From Macrostomum lignano (taxonomy: Eukaryota): a stretch of DNA of 64,000 nucleotides. The DNA is taken from positions 1 to 64,000 of the forward strand of contig NIVC01001967.1 of assembly GCA_002269645.1 (NCBI GenBank), read 5' to 3'. The notes below the pieces were generated by a model. The model was not told the DNA's origin and did not search any database. It worked only from the letters and a program-made list of their open reading frames with translations. Positions 44,501-62,939 of the stretch are shown one piece after another; position 1 is the stretch's first letter; each line of letters begins with the position of its first letter. Made by a program: the position numbers and the translations under genes.

Positions 44501-47261
44501 CATATCAGTGATCAGCTGTGTGCAATCTGGGATTAATCCCAATCAGAATCTACTCATATCAGTGATCAGCTGTGTGCAATCTGGGATTAATTCCAATCAG
44601 AATCTACTCATATCAGTGATCAGCTGTGTGCAATCTGGGATTAATCCCAATCAGAATCTACTCATATCAGTGATCAGCTGTGTGCAATCTGGGATTAATC
44701 CCAATCAGAATCTACTCATATCAGTGATCAGCTGTGTGCAATCTGGGATTATTCACAATCAGAATCTACTCATATCAGTGATCAGCTGTGTGCAATCTGG
44801 GATTAATTCCAATCAGAATCTACTCATATCAGTGATCAGCTGTGTGCAATCTGGGATTAATCCCAATCAGAATCTACTCATATCAGTGATCAGCTGTGTG
44901 CAATCTGGGATTAATCCCAATCAGAATCTACTCATACTATCCTCAGTAACACCTTAAGCCCCACCTGCGCCTCCTGCATGTCCAGAGTCTGCCGCCTCAG
45001 GCGGTCCAGCTCAGCTTCGCCCCCAGTCCTCAGCCTATCCAACTCGCTGTGCAGTCGGAGTTCGAATTCGCCGCGAAGTCGATCCCGTTCTGCTAGGCTT
45101 CGCTCGATGGCGGCCTCTCTAGCGGCCCGGGCGTCGTCCAGCTGTTTCTGAAGGCCGGCGCAGCGATCCTCGGCATGGGCCGCCCGGCTGGACAGCTCGC
45201 CGATCTACGGATGGGTGGCAGTGGCAATACATCTTGCTATATAATAAACTGAATACCATCCCGAAAAAAAGATACCCTATAAGCCAAGAAGCGCCCTGCA
45301 GGTACCACAGGTAAAATAGGAAAAAAGTGACTTAGGAAAAGAGGAAATAGGAAAATAGGAAAAGAAGAGATGTCACCTACTATTTCTACTATAAGTAGCC
45401 TGTTCAGACACAATCTACTAAATAAGCTACGCAATACAAAAAACCTTGATAACCAACCTGATTACTAAGATAAGTAGTATCCTGTCTCAACAGTTGAACG
45501 GTCTGCTGCGAACTGGCCAAATCCCTGGCTAGCTGATCTCGTTCCTTAGCAACCGAGGCCACCTGCTGTTCCAACGCTGACAGAGCGGATTGCAGCTGCT
45601 CGCACTGACTGCTAAGCCGGTCGCGATCGTGTTTCACCTCGTCGAAATGGGCCACCTTGTAATTGCCTGAATGCACCTGGGAGCGCACATCGGCTAGCTC
45701 TGATACTGCCTGCAAAAATTAGGGATTTGAGTGTAACTTTTGTGGCTCTGGCACGAGCGCGCATTGACAGAGATGCGCACCGGCACAAGCGCGTATTGGC
45801 GCTCATGTCTCAAGAAAACGCACTCATTTAGCTAGGGTCACGTCAAATTCAGCCAATCAGAAGGAATATATTTATTCTGAGCGATTATACAGAACAAATA
45901 CTGCAGATTGCATACAATACCTTCTGGTAAGACTCCTGCAGGGCCTGATGCAGGCGCCGTTCTCCAGCCAGGCAGTCGCGCAGTTTGTCAGCCTCATCGT
46001 ACAGCCTGTCCCGCTCCTCGGTGGCCACTTTGGCTCGCTCGCCAGTTTCTTCAAGCTGTTGACGAAGCGGCTGCAGCTGCTGGTGCAGTCGAAGGCAGAC
46101 CAGGTCGCGTACGCTCAGCTCGTCCTCTTGAAGCGACTGCAGATGACGGGCTCGGTCATCCGGGATGCTGAGACTGCCCTGAATTAATGGAAACCGGCAG
46201 GTCCAGAGGTAGCTAGATATGCTTGCCAGAGATTGGATAGTTGGGAGTTGGGATTGGAGTCCCGATCCTGTCTAACCGATCCTAGGTATTTCGGGACTTT
46301 AGGGGCGGGATCTCAGGATGTTGGGATCGAGATCCTGGAATTCAGGGGTTGGGATCCCGGGACTTTAGGGTCGGGATCTCGTATTTTGGGATCGGGATCC
46401 TGGGATTTCGGGGTTGGGATCCCGGGATTTTGGGGTCGGGATCTCGTATTTTGGGATCGGGATCTCAGGATTTTGGGATCGGGATCTCAGGATTTTGGAA
46501 TCAGGATCCCGGAATTTTGGAGTTGGGATCCCGGGATTTTGGAGTTGGGATCCCGGGATTTTGGTGTTGGGATCCCAGGATTTTGTGATCGGGATCTTAG
46601 GATTTTGGGGTCGGGATCTCGGGATTTTGGGATCGGGATCCCGGGATCGTGGGATTATTTTGGAATCAAGATACTGGGATTTCGGGATCAGGATCCCGGA
46701 ATTGCGGAGTTGGGATCCTAGGATTTTGGGAATGGGATACCGGGATTTTGGGATCGAAATCCTGGGATTTTGGGGTTCGGATCCTAGGATTTTGGGATCG
46801 GGATCTTAGGATACCTGTAAGCTCCGCTTAAGATCTCCAGTATAGCCAACAAGCTGAGCATTGGCCTCCTCCAGCCGTCTCTGTCTGGCCAGCGCCTCCT
46901 CCAAAGCGCGCCGGCTGCGGTCCTCTCGACGCCTTGTGTCGGCCCTGGCCTCCGCCAACTCGTGCTCAAGCTGCTGGCGTAGCTGAGCGCATTCTCGTTC
47001 AGCCGAGCCCAGCCGATCAACTAAGTCCTCTTCGCGCGAATTCCACTGCTCCTGACGGCTCTCTAATTCGGCAGTCCTCTGAGACAGTTGAATCTTGGCT
47101 AGCTGCAGTTCGTGCATCAGAGTTCGCCGGTCCAGAGGACCTTGCGGCGCCGATGAACCGGCACGTTTCGGCGAACTGTTGGCACTGTCAGATTGCTCGC
47201 GATCAGCCGAGGACACGGTGAAGTCTGTTGAATCGGCAGGGTCGCCACCAGCTGATGCCAT
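41542..47261 (-). CDS. PIBF1: Progesterone-induced blocking factor 1 / CEP90, 8 exons
   Basis: Exons 47261-46815, 46178-45921, 45709-45458, 45204-44965, 44030-43848, 43722-43447, 43015-42759, 41826-~41542. Motifs LDRRTLMHELQLAKIQLSQ and MPTTARRRLRQSVELAKRVLQLE..QPYGYLVDSIR. The 3' end is uncertain (stop near 41573, or 41542 if one base is missing near 41686). Confidence 0.9.
41972..42484. mobile_element. CCC...GGG GAGTC-rich DNA transposon copy in the last PIBF1 intron
   Basis: Ends cccgttgaaa / tttcattggg, with CTG duplicated on both flanks. Confidence 0.75.
43070..43410. repeat. ~17-bp minisatellite (ggggaatcccagtcaca)
   Basis: Tandem variants within a PIBF1 intron. Confidence 0.92.
44085..44935. 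repeat. 54-bp minisatellite in a PIBF1 intron
   Basis: About 16 units of tatcagtgatcagctgtgtgcaatctgggattaatcccaatcagaatctactca. Confidence 0.96.
46260..46810. repeat. Degenerate ~23-bp array (gggattttggggtcgggatctc) in PIBF1 intron 1
   Basis: Repeated gggatt/gggatc motifs. Confidence 0.9.
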
Positions 47262-47371
47262 TGTGAAGCTTCTTGGAGTGCAAATCTCTGAAATACATAT
47301 ACAGATGCTGTTTCTGCAGCTTTGAATTTGTCTAGCTTCCTGTAACTATACGGCAAATGAGTCTGTTGAGC

Positions 47372-48030
47372 ACCTCTGCCCCCTCCCCGATCCTTCCATT
47401 GAGCACCTCCGCCTCCTCCCCGATCCTTCCATTGAGCACCTCCGCCCCCTCCCCGATCCTTCCATTGAGCACCTCCGCCTCCTCCCCGATCCTTCCATTG
47501 AGCACCTCCGCCCCCTCCCCGATCCTTCCGTTGAGCACCTCTGCCCCCTCCCCGATCCTTCCATTGAGCACCTCTGCCCCCTCCCCGATCCTTCCATTGA
47601 GCACCTCTGCCCCCTCCCCGATCCTTCCATTGAGCACCTCTGCCCCCTCCCCGATCCTTCCATTGAGCACCTCTGCCCCCTCCCCGATCCTTCCATTGAG
47701 CACCTCCGCCCCCTCCCCGATCCTTCCGTTGAGCACCTCTGCCCCCTCCCCGATCCTTCCATTGAGCACCTCCGCCCCCTCCCCGATCCTTCCGTTGAGC
47801 ACCTCTGCCCCCTCCCCGATCCTTCCATTGAGCACCTCCGCCCCCTCCCCGATCCTTCCGTTGAGCACCTCTGCCCCCTCCCCGATCCTTCCATTGAGCA
47901 CCTCCGCCCCCTCCCCGATCCTTCCATTGAGCACTTCTGCCCCCTCCCCGATCCTTCCGTTGAGCACCTCCGCCTCCTCCCCGATCCTTCCATTGAGCAC
48001 TTCTGCCCCCTCCCCGATCCATCCATTGAG
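47372..48030. repeat. 33-bp C-rich minisatellite upstream of PIBF1
   Basis: About 20 units of gagcacctctgccccctccccgatccttccatt. Confidence 0.97.
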
Positions 48031-48279
48031 CATCGCTGCCGCCCTCACATTTTCAATGGGATTCATGTTTGAAACTCGACTACCCAACTAAATAATTAAA
48101 GTTACAGGTAAACAAAAAATTCCAAGAAAACCTAGATTAAAAAAATTCTAAACTATACAAAATTGTTTTACAGTGCTTTTCATTTATTTGAAAATGCCGA
48201 TTAACAAAACTCCACGCCTAGGTATTGGAAAGCAACAAAAATGCCAAAATTAACTATATACACTACTACTAAGGCAGCG

Positions 48280-48849
48280 CTAGCGTTCAGCAGAGGAGGC
48301 AGCGCCAGATCTGTGACAGGCGACTCCGCTGTTAGCTAAAAGTACAGCCGGATTAACGGCCAGCAATTTCAACTCTTCCGGCTCGGCCGTGTGAAGACGC
48401 GGCTTCTTCTTAGACGGTTGCTGCTTCTGCTCCTTCCGCTGCTCAGAAGCTGGCTGCGGCTGCACCAGACTGTCAAGAGTCCGAGCTGAAAGCAGCGCTG
48501 GGGGAGAACCCGGTCGTACAGCAGACCGGAGACCATCCCCTGAAGCCGGCTCTGTCGCGCTCCGGAATCGAAGTCGCTGCTCACATAGAGCATCCAGTCG
48601 TTCTTGCATTCGACGCCTGAACAGCTCAGGCGGGTTTAAGCTGCGATAATCTGTTACCATGGCAACCGTGTCCGTGACTTCTTTGCCAATTACATTAGTA
48701 TCAGTTGCAGAGCGTTTTGCAGTTGGTTGAAGATAATCAATCTGGGCTGCTTGGCGAATTTTATCATCTACTTCGGCATCGCCGTCACTTTCACTGCTGC
48801 TGGAACTGCTAGTACTTTTCCTTTGAGACTTTTGTTCTTTGTGTAGCAT
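48280..48849 (-). CDS. CUSTOS (C12orf43)-like protein, single exon
   Basis: 189-aa ORF. The segments SSSESDGDAEVDDKIRQAA, LNPPELFRRRMQERLDALCE and EELKLLAVNPAVLL resemble the three conserved CUSTOS blocks from memory. Confidence 0.6.
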   Translation of the reverse strand: MLHKEQKSQRKSTSSSSSSESDGDAEVDDKIRQAAQIDYLQPTAKRSATDTNVIGKEVTDTVAMVTDYRSLNPPELFRRRMQERLDALCEQRLRFRSATEPASGDGLRSAVRPGSPPALLSARTLDSLVQPQPASEQRKEQKQQPSKKKPRLHTAEPEELKLLAVNPAVLLANSGVACHRSGAASSAER

Positions 48850-51800
48850 GGTTCCTTTATTGCAGTTTTAATGCATGTGAGTGTCTTGTTCAAAGCAGAA
48901 TTCTGAAATATGACATTGCATATTTCCTTGTTAATAAACTAACATTAGAAAAAATGAAAAATATGTAGGACAAATGAAAAGTTAATAGCTTATAAACTTT
49001 TTGATGTAGCTATTTGTATAAATCCCAAATATTTTGACAATAGATCCCAAAAAGGCACATTTCATCTCATTAAAACATGGATATAACACTTTTGGGTAAT
49101 AACTGAATAGTGTTGAGATTTTGAAAAAAAACTGCATAAGATTGTGAATAATTATTACTCAAAGGCATTCATCTTGACTTAAGCACCTACTACAATTATT
49201 TTTTAAATCAGTTTAAAGGTTTTGCAATGTTAGCTTAATAAGTACATTAAACTAATAACTATAACACATTACTCAAGCTTAACTTTAAGTAAAAAAGCCC
49301 ATTATTCAAAATGTATTATTACTCAACTAGAGCTTGAGTTAGGCCTAAACAAAAAATCTAAGCTTTTTGTGATTCAAGTAAATATAGTTATTAAATATAG
49401 TTAAGCCTAAATATAGGCCTACTTGGATCCTTGATTCAAAAAAGAACAAAGCAAAAATTTCACTTATGGCTTATTTAGGCCTAGCTTGGCATATAAAATA
49501 AAAAGATTATTAAAATGAAACTTTTATTACACAACTATAGGATAGGCTTTATAAAAAATATACAGAGTAACATTGAATATAATTATTATATATGCTAATT
49601 GAAAGAAATGATAAACTTTACTACTTAGCAGATCAAGTACAATGTGCATTGCTGCATTGCAATTAGTGATGGATCCTTTTTTAAATGTCTCACAAATGTT
49701 TCAAATAGGAAATAAGAATAAGAAAGAATTATAGAATAATAATAAGAATAATAAAGAATTAAGTTCAATTCTAAGTTCAATTCAATTCAGATACTAGATA
49801 CATATACTATAATTCTAGTAGAACAGCACGCTTGATAATGAGATTCTGGTAGAACAGTACATATACTATAAGCCCAAGACAGATTGAATCTTGTTAGTAA
49901 ATTAATGCATAGCACCAATATAATTGTCAATTACTAACTAGATGACAAGGCATTTTTGCAACTGAAAGGTATCATAAGTACTCTTGCCATTTACCTTTTA
50001 CTTTTTGTCTACATTTGGAAACATATTTAAATTTGAATATTTGGATTTGGAATTTTTTTGTACATTTGGATTCAGTTTTGGAAACTTGCAAAAATCTATA
50101 TTTGGTCTATCACTAGGGCCTAATTGTAATCATTTATCTTATGATAAAAAAATGATTTTTTATTTTTAAGCTATTGTCTTTATACTATAAAGACAATTAT
50201 ATTTATATTTATATAATTATATTTATATTTAATTATATTTAAAATATCTTTTATCTGGGGGGACATGTCCCCTAGCTGTCCACCCGCCGGTGGCGACGCC
50301 CCTGGTTGGCAAACTCTGGCCTCCGGCCTCTGCCTCTCCGTCACTAAGGTCTTTTGAAACTTCTCTTTCACTTCTCTCCCACACTCTTCTCTTCTGTCTC
50401 CTCTCTCCTCTCTCTTTTTCTTGTTCTTGTTTTCTTGTTTTTACGGACAGCTGTAAAAATTAGTATTTGGGCTATATCTACGGCTCAGCCATAAAAATAG
50501 ACAAATTCGTTATACTTACAGCTCAGCCGTAATAATAACAACTTTTGACATTTCTATGGCCAGCCGTAAAAATTAGTATTTGGGCTATATCTATGGCTCA
50601 GCCGTAAAAATAACCACTGCCTACATGAAAATTGTAATGCAAATTAACAATTTCACGTAAAATAAAGGAGATTTGTATAGTCTAGAAAGTCAGTGATATA
50701 TTTTTTGCTTCTTTTAAATTAACAGTGAATAAAATTAGTATAAATTATCGCTAAAAATGTCAATTTTGCATTACTTTATTTGTAGGTATAATTTAAGTTT
50801 GTTTAAAATGAAAATATGCGTAACATTTTAAAAAGGTTTTTCGTACAAAGGCCTTTCTTAGAAAACTCTACTCGTGAAGAGTGGCGCACAGATGGCACAC
50901 AGACAGGCGCACAAATGGCACATAGACAGCGCACAAATTGTCCCAAAAAAATTATTCCGGTGCACACTGTGCTACCTTCCTGACTATGGATTGACTATAT
51001 AGTGATCCTGAGTTGGTATTAATAGTATGGGTTTTCCATATAGGTCCTAAATATTTAGAGTCTAGACATAGGCCCTAGGGCCTATTCAAAACAATTATAT
51101 AGGCTAGGCCTAGTACTGGCACTAGGCCTATGGGTATGGCTATAGTATAATATAATGGTTAGGCTTAAACAATAAACTGGGCCTATAAAGATAAATATAT
51201 TGATTTTTATCTGCAGTTACATTATATAATATATGCAGTCTAGTTAATCTGTCTAGTTAATGTCTAGTTGTCTAGTTAATAGAATAGTCTTAATCAGGCC
51301 TAAGTCTTGACTCTAAATATACATCATGTATAGAAACAGAAACCCATCCACAAAAACTAAATTAACCAGGCTTTTGATAGAGCCAAAAGGCAGAATGTCA
51401 GAAACTCACTGTCATGACTTGGCTTGCCGATCATGCCCCCTTGACTTGACAGTCACTCCCGACAGGAGGCCTAGTATAATAGTAGGGCTTACAGTCGACA
51501 AAGTATAAGATTACAGTATGAACATTGAAACTCTGGTATGGACTAATTATTTTGTTGTTCAATTTTCGTTGAACTATGCTTCAGCATGTTAAATATATAC
51601 TTTGAATCTTGATACTCAATTGCCAATTTTATACATACGAGCAATCCTAGCATAGGCCTACTGAACATCACTACAACATTACTCAACTCAAGCAAGCAAG
51701 TTAGAGAAATTTTAATCCCCTTGACTTGTGTTTTAAAATTTTGGCTTATTAGAAACGTTGAAGAAATCGTATATTAAAACGCTGCTTAGGCCCTATTAAC

Positions 51801-52838
51801 TTTAAAAATCCACAAAAAACAATTTAAAGGCGAAACTGATAGTTTAACGCGTATTTAGCCTTCATTTTTTTAATCAGTGTAAATCTATTTGTTAAGCTTA
51901 GCAAAAGTCGATCAAGCAAGCATACGTAACCGGTCGAATGCGTAAACGGGCGGCCTTTTTGCTGATTAACAGTAGAAATACCAAGCCATTTTTCCGCTGT
52001 CAAACTACCAAGGGATGGGGGAATTTTCTGACCTATTTTTTGCTGCGCTGGAATGGCGCAACGAATTAGGCACACGCCCACGAAATTTAAGAACACTGCA
52101 TGGCTAACTTTTTGTTTCCTACTCAAACAAGAATAAATTGCAAGTCGCTAGCCTCCGAACCGTCGAGATTCAACGATTCTGCCAGAAGGTCGGAAGCGCT
52201 AGTGTATTCAACACCACTGTTGCGCCTGCAATCAATTTACTGCACGCCTCAGTGCAGTCTTGCCAAGGCTTCCAAATTTCATCAGCACCTTCGATCACAT
52301 CTGTCTGCATCCTATAGCTCTCTGACTTCGTTGGTCACTTGCCTTCACCCAGGAGGAGCTTCTGGACCTTCAACTAAGCATGCGTTTACAGGGAATCCTT
52401 TGCTATACATTATAATATGTAGTCTCTCAAGCATTCCGGCATCCTCAGCGAAGTCGTCGGCATCTCCAAATCAGATTGCGCCAGGCGACTATTACACTCT
52501 GATGCGAATTTCTCTATTATTTCGTTGATCAAGCCTTGACAGTAGGCAATTGCCTCAACTGCTGGACATCCTTGGGATTTCCCTTAAGGGGGGGGCTTGT
52601 TGGGTATATAGTTTTACTGTTCATTGCGTTTGTGTTAAAAAATTAAGAAAATTAGCTTTCAACTTCTTAATAATCTAACTGATATACCAGAGAGGATAAA
52701 ACATAGTTCTTACATTACATGGACATTCATGTTTACTTATGTGTCACCGAGCAAAAAAGATGCAGCAGTTATGCGCGGACAGTGACTAGGTTTTACATTC
52801 GACCCCCTTCGACCCCCTTGCAAGTCCGTGTGTGGCTT

Positions 52839-52975
52839 CTGACTGACTGACTGACTGACTGACTGACTGACTGACTGACTGACTGACTGACTGACTGACT
52901 GACTGACTGACTGACTGACTGACTGACTGACTGACTGACTGACTGACTGACTGACTGACTGACTGATGACTGACA
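52839..52975. repeat. (CTGA)n microsatellite, possibly within a DINE/Helentron-like element (52740-52990)
   Basis: Pure tetranucleotide run. The adjacent gtcaccgagc...cagtgac short inverted motif gives weak support for an element. Confidence 0.9.
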
Positions 52976-54571
52976 AACAACTTACATATGTATGCATGTA
53001 CATTGAATTTTTAATGCATACACGATGGAACCATATGTTCATGTACGTCAAATAGCTTGACATCTTGACAGAATCTTGATGGAATATGCGTCAGCGTCTT
53101 TTCTGAGAAAATCAGAGAAAAAAAGCCAAAACATTTGGAAAAAAAGAAATTTAGACAAAGCGTGTATTAATTTTTTTCAAAACTAAGGCGCATGACTTAT
53201 ACGGCCAAAATATAGCCAAAAACCTAGACGGTTTTCATGTGATTAATTCTATTTTGGAAGATACGAATGTTTAAAAGCGATAGTGCGCATGCGCATAATA
53301 AACTTACTGTAAAACAATAAAAATCGATTAGAAGTAGACTATCGGTATTATTAAACGTATGTTGCATGCATAATCGGCTAATTAAATATTTTGTATTTAA
53401 AAAATCGAATAATTAAATAATTATCAGTTCAGAAGAAATTCAATGTTTGTAAGAGCTATAATAATAAAATGATGATATAAACAGTTTCTTCAATATATTG
53501 ATTTTCCGAAACATCACCTGTAGCTCGTACTACCTAATTAGATTATTGCAAGCCTTAGTAGCGTGGCTGACTGGAGTGGAGCATGCAAAAAATCAGTTAA
53601 ATAAATGAGCACAATATCGATCTGTAAAAGTTGAATAGGCTTCCAAATACAAAAACTTGCACGAAAAAAGTTTTTATAAGCAATAATAATTTGACAAGAA
53701 AATATTCAATAAAGTTTCTTGACATAAAAGTACATTTAAGACAGAATAACTCGTATTGCGATCTTCCCATTGAAGATACGAGCATGGAAAACGGCAGTAG
53801 AAGGACGCGCTTAAACAAACTCAATTTTCTTAGAAATGTCGAGCTGGAAGGCGTTAGAGAGCGTGTTTACGAGTACAGATTTTTCTAGCGCTGATTTTTG
53901 ACCATCTAGCGGGGTCACAAATGATACGATAAATATACGACGGTCGTATTACCGCGGTCGCCGGCTTTTTTCTAAGAAAATCGAGCTGTAGCGATGCGTG
54001 TCCTTCTACATTAATTGTCCATAAATACGAGCGTATATTATTGCGTTTAAGTTTCGAATTAGCACCAAAAATAGAATAATAAACACAAAAACTAATTAAT
54101 ATATTATTGCACCAATACATCAAAAGACAAAATAAAACATTGAGTGTAAACGGCTTATTTGACAGGGAAGACTGAAAAGGCAAATTATAGCAGTATCGAG
54201 AGAGTGGACACAAAACCGTGTAAAAGTTATTCATATGTGACAAAACGCTTTAAACCTATTGGGGACATTTGAAGGCCGAACTGTAATACTTGAAACAGCG
54301 ATGAATAAATTAGCCGAAAGTCAAACTTACTTAATTATCTAAACAAGATAACCAAATTTTAGGGTCTAATCATCAAGTCGTCACTACGAGTATCTAATCC
54401 TCTCTCCAAACCCCCATTCCGCTGTCATCAAGGTTGGTTTTAAGCTACAAAAAATTGCGTTTCTAAGCTAATCTAAGCATAAAAATTGAAGTTTTCCATA
54501 TTTTAAAGTTCAATAGATTTGAACTGTGTGCATCCTCTGACTACCTGTGGTCCTAGACTCGATCTTCCAGC

Positions 54572-59082
<4,511 letters not shown>

Positions 59083-61249
59083 TTTGTCCTCTTGGTGCTT
59101 GGCATAAAAGTTTTTTGAGAAATTGAACCAAACAGCTAAAAAATAAACATTGACAACTTAAAAAAAGCATGAAGTATTGGTAGTTCAAAATTGTGGATAT
59201 TTAAAATACAAAAAGACATATATAAACTATGGTATTAATTCACACAATCTATTTCTATTACTAAACTTTCTATTTGATATCACTTCTGTTTTGCAATATG
59301 CACTCAAAAACCCCAGTAGTATACAAAATAATAAAAATACTATACAATAAAAAGTCATTTAATTAAATCTCATTTATCAGATTCTATTGTAACGCCTCTC
59401 TTTGAATGTTTTAAATGTTTACTTTATTATTTATGAAAAAGATACAATAATAAATAGATAGCATAAGAGTTGCAGTAATAATAGCACCTAACCGCTAGTC
59501 AGTGGTAAGAGATTAAATTTGCTGATAGATGCTTTTCTATATAGTACTTTATACATAAATTTATTATACTTAACAATTTGAAGTCATAAAAATAATTCAT
59601 CACTTTATTTTAACTTTATTATTACATTATAATTATTACCAGATAGAATCTGTTTCATAAATATTTAATCAAATGGACTCCAGCTATCTTTCATACTGGT
59701 CCTGTTCTGCAAATGTCTTCAAAATTATTATACTGGATACAGACATACAAACAAACTAATCTTAGACATTTGGTATAGCTGGATTTTACATAGCATCATA
59801 TTTTATTCATGTTGAAAGTTGGACTGATGGGTTTTAGCTGTCGAATAAACAAAAAACAAACAAATCATTGTCCAGTTTTCTTGGCTTAAATTTTTATGTT
59901 ATCTTTTATAAATGATATTTATATTACTATAAAGCTTGAATAAGTTTACCCGAAATCGGGATTTTATAACAGGTTAAATTTATAGTAAGCTGAACCTAAC
60001 AACAAGATTTATTTAATTTTACAATTAAAGAAGTTGTTAAACAAAATTACATAACTCTCTTCTCATTTATAGTGATATAAGTTTAAACAGCTATCATTTT
60101 GCAATACTTTAGACATTTAATTTTGTTAAAACACTGGAATACCGGAGTTGCTATTCAGTCAGTGCTGGTTGCTAACCTGCAAAAGGCAGAGTAGGAAGGA
60201 AAATCAAATTAAGCTTTAACGAGGCTTCAGAAACAGCTAAAATATCTATAGGAGACTACTCAAGGAACATATAAGGATTGGATGAAAAATGTAACATGAG
60301 CAAGACGAGACGCTCACACGTCTCGGAAATATTTAATGAGGCTCACGCCGCATAACAGGCAGAAATAGACTCGTTTGAACTTTCATTACAGTGAAAGGTA
60401 CATATTTATGAAAATGCAAAGTGTATTAGATTAGTTCCAAAAATCTTTCAAAAGTTTTGTTTACACCAAAAGTTATACAAAAGTACCACACGGTACATTT
60501 CAAGTACATATTTACCTGCAAAAATACACGCTTACACATTTGTAAATGTCATAAACGACATTAATCCTTCTACACCCTACGGAACCTCCCGTCCCGTCAT
60601 CATCTGTTACCTATTTTAAAAGATAAAAAGCTTAACCATTTCTATTTTGATTTTTTGCTTCTGTTTGTGAAACTGTAATGCAAACAAACCCTAAAGATTA
60701 TGTATTTGTACACGTATGCTGTACGTATAGCTCGTAGTAGGCATGTAACTAAAAAAGACTTAGAAATCTGGAAATGACAAAGCTGTGGTGTGCGGTATTA
60801 TCTTCTACATGTATATCTATTGTGCTGACGCGACCACCACAGCAAACTTGAAGCTGTCATATCTGCTACCGCTGGATGCCTATTGCAATAATTAATTAAA
60901 GCGCGCCGTGCACTGCATGGATTACATGTAAGCCTTTGGTCTGGGGATCGAATGAATCCCCGATTCAAACTGCGAGGCCGCGCCGAGGGCCTCGCAGTTT
61001 GAAGATTGAAGTTATCTCGTAGCAACCAGAAGAGCTCTTTGATCTCAATCTCAGCAGCTTGGGTGGCAGATGCGAGGCGATAATTTACGAACTATGGGGT
61101 CAGGTGTTGCATCACTTGTCCCTACAGTAAGGCTGCCGTAGAGGATGCCTTGAATTTGACGCCTCAAGCCTCTTCATCAATTCTCTTCAATTTTTAAGGG
61201 GTCGCGCGAGGAGTTTGGGGGCCGGCTGAAATCTCATCTGGAAAAGAGG

Positions 61250-61850
61250 GGGAGCGCCAAGCTTGCTGGAAAGGGGGGCGCCAAGCCTGCTGGAAAGGGG
61301 GCGCCAAGCCTGCTGGAAAGGGGGGCGCCAAGCCTGCTGGAAAGGGGGGCGCCAAGCCTGCTGGAAAGGGGGCGCCAAGCCTGCTGGAAAGGGGGAGGCG
61401 CCAAGCCTGCTGGAAAGGGGGGAGGCGCCAAGCCTGCTGGAAAGGGGGAGGCGCCAAGCCTGCTGGAAAGGGGGCGCCAAGCCTGCTGGAAAGGGGGGCG
61501 CCAAGCCTGCTGGAAAGGGGGGGCGCCAAGCCTGCTGGAAAGGGGGGAGCGCCATGCCTGTTGGAAAGGGGGGAGGCGCCAAGCCTGCTGGAAAGGGGGA
61601 GGCGCCAAGCCTGCTGGAAAGGGGGGAGGTGCCAAGCCTGCTGGAAAGGGGGGGGCGCCAAGCCTGCTGGAAAGGGGGGAGCGCCATGCCTGTTGGAAAG
61701 GGGGGAGGCGCCAAGCCTGCTGGAAAGGGGGGAGGCGCCAAGCCTGCTGGAAAGGGGGAGGTGCCAAGCCTGCTGAAAAGGGGGAGGTGCCAAGCCTGCT
61801 GAAAAGGGGGAGGTGCCAAGCCTGCTGGAAAAGGGGCGCCACATGCTTTG
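61250..61850. repeat. G-rich ~25-bp array (ggcgccaagcctgctggaaagggg)
   Basis: Tandem units with a variable G run. Confidence 0.95.
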
Positions 61851-62029
61851 CCAGCCGATGGGAGGCGTAGCCCCCCTTGCCCGTGCTTCCAGATTTCTAA
61901 AAAACCGAGTTCAGCAGCGTTCAGCATCAGTTTTTCAGTGTCAGAACGTAGCGATTAAGAATAATCTAAATTCAAATGCAAAAGCTTTTTTCTCTTATAT
62001 TTTGCTAGTTCATAAACGGTAGAAACAGC

Positions 62030-62335
62030 GTGAACAGCATGAACAGCATGAACAGCATGAACAGCATGAACAGCATGAACAGCATGGACAGCATGGACAA
62101 CATGAACAGCATGAACAGCATGAACAGCATGAACAGCATGAACAGCATGGACAGCATGGACAACATGAACAGCATGGACAACATGAACAGCATGAACAGC
62201 ATGGACAACATGAACAGCATGGACAGCATGAACAGCATGGACAACATAAAAAACATGGCCAACATGAACAGCATGAACAGCATGAACAGCATGAACAGCA
62301 CGAACAGCATGAACAGCATGAACAGCCTGAACAGT
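62030..62335. repeat. 9-bp repeat (catgaacag)n
   Basis: Direct tandem units. Confidence 0.95.
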
Positions 62336-62582
62336 ATAATTGCCCCAGATTTCAAGTCAAACTGCTGCAATTCGTCAACACAACACACCATCAGCTTCCA
62401 TTGGTCGAATAGTTGCCGCCCTTGAATTCAGCGGCTTCAATCCTATTGGCTGAGGCCACCGCCAACAGGGAGTTGCCCATTTATTAATGAGATCGCCTGC
62501 AAAAAAAACTCGCAACAATTGAAGCAAGGCGCAAACTCGCAGCACTGCAGCTCGATTCCCTGATTTCTGAGTCCCTTCGCCA

Positions 62583-62851
62583 ATGCTGACTCTCCTAGAC
62601 GCAGAAGGTTGCCAGCAGCTGTTGTGTCCCGACAGCCAGTCGCAGTCGTCCGTCGTCACGTCGTTTCAGTCGCGTCAGAACTGCTCCGGCTGTGGCGAAG
62701 AAATCCGCGAGCGCTACTTTCTGCAGACTGGTGACAGCGGCTTCTGGCACGCCGAGTGCCTGCGCTGCGCCGCCTGCCAGACACCGCTGGCTCACGAGGT
62801 CACGTGCTACTGCAAGCACGGACTGGTGTACTGCAAGCAGGACTATGCTCG
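62583..62851 (+). CDS. LIM-domain exon, probably the first exon of a LIM-homeobox gene (Lhx2/9-like); partial
   Basis: CSGCGEEIRERYFL....FWHAECLRCAACQTPLAHEVTCYCKHGLVYCKQDY followed by the donor G|GTGAGT. The gene continues beyond the window. Confidence 0.85.
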
Positions 62852-62939
62852 GTGAGTGCTTGTCTGCCAATATAGATCAAGCTGATGTGTGCGATGTCAT
62901 TTATCATGCAAATATCGGGCCATGCCAGAAGAGCCAACA

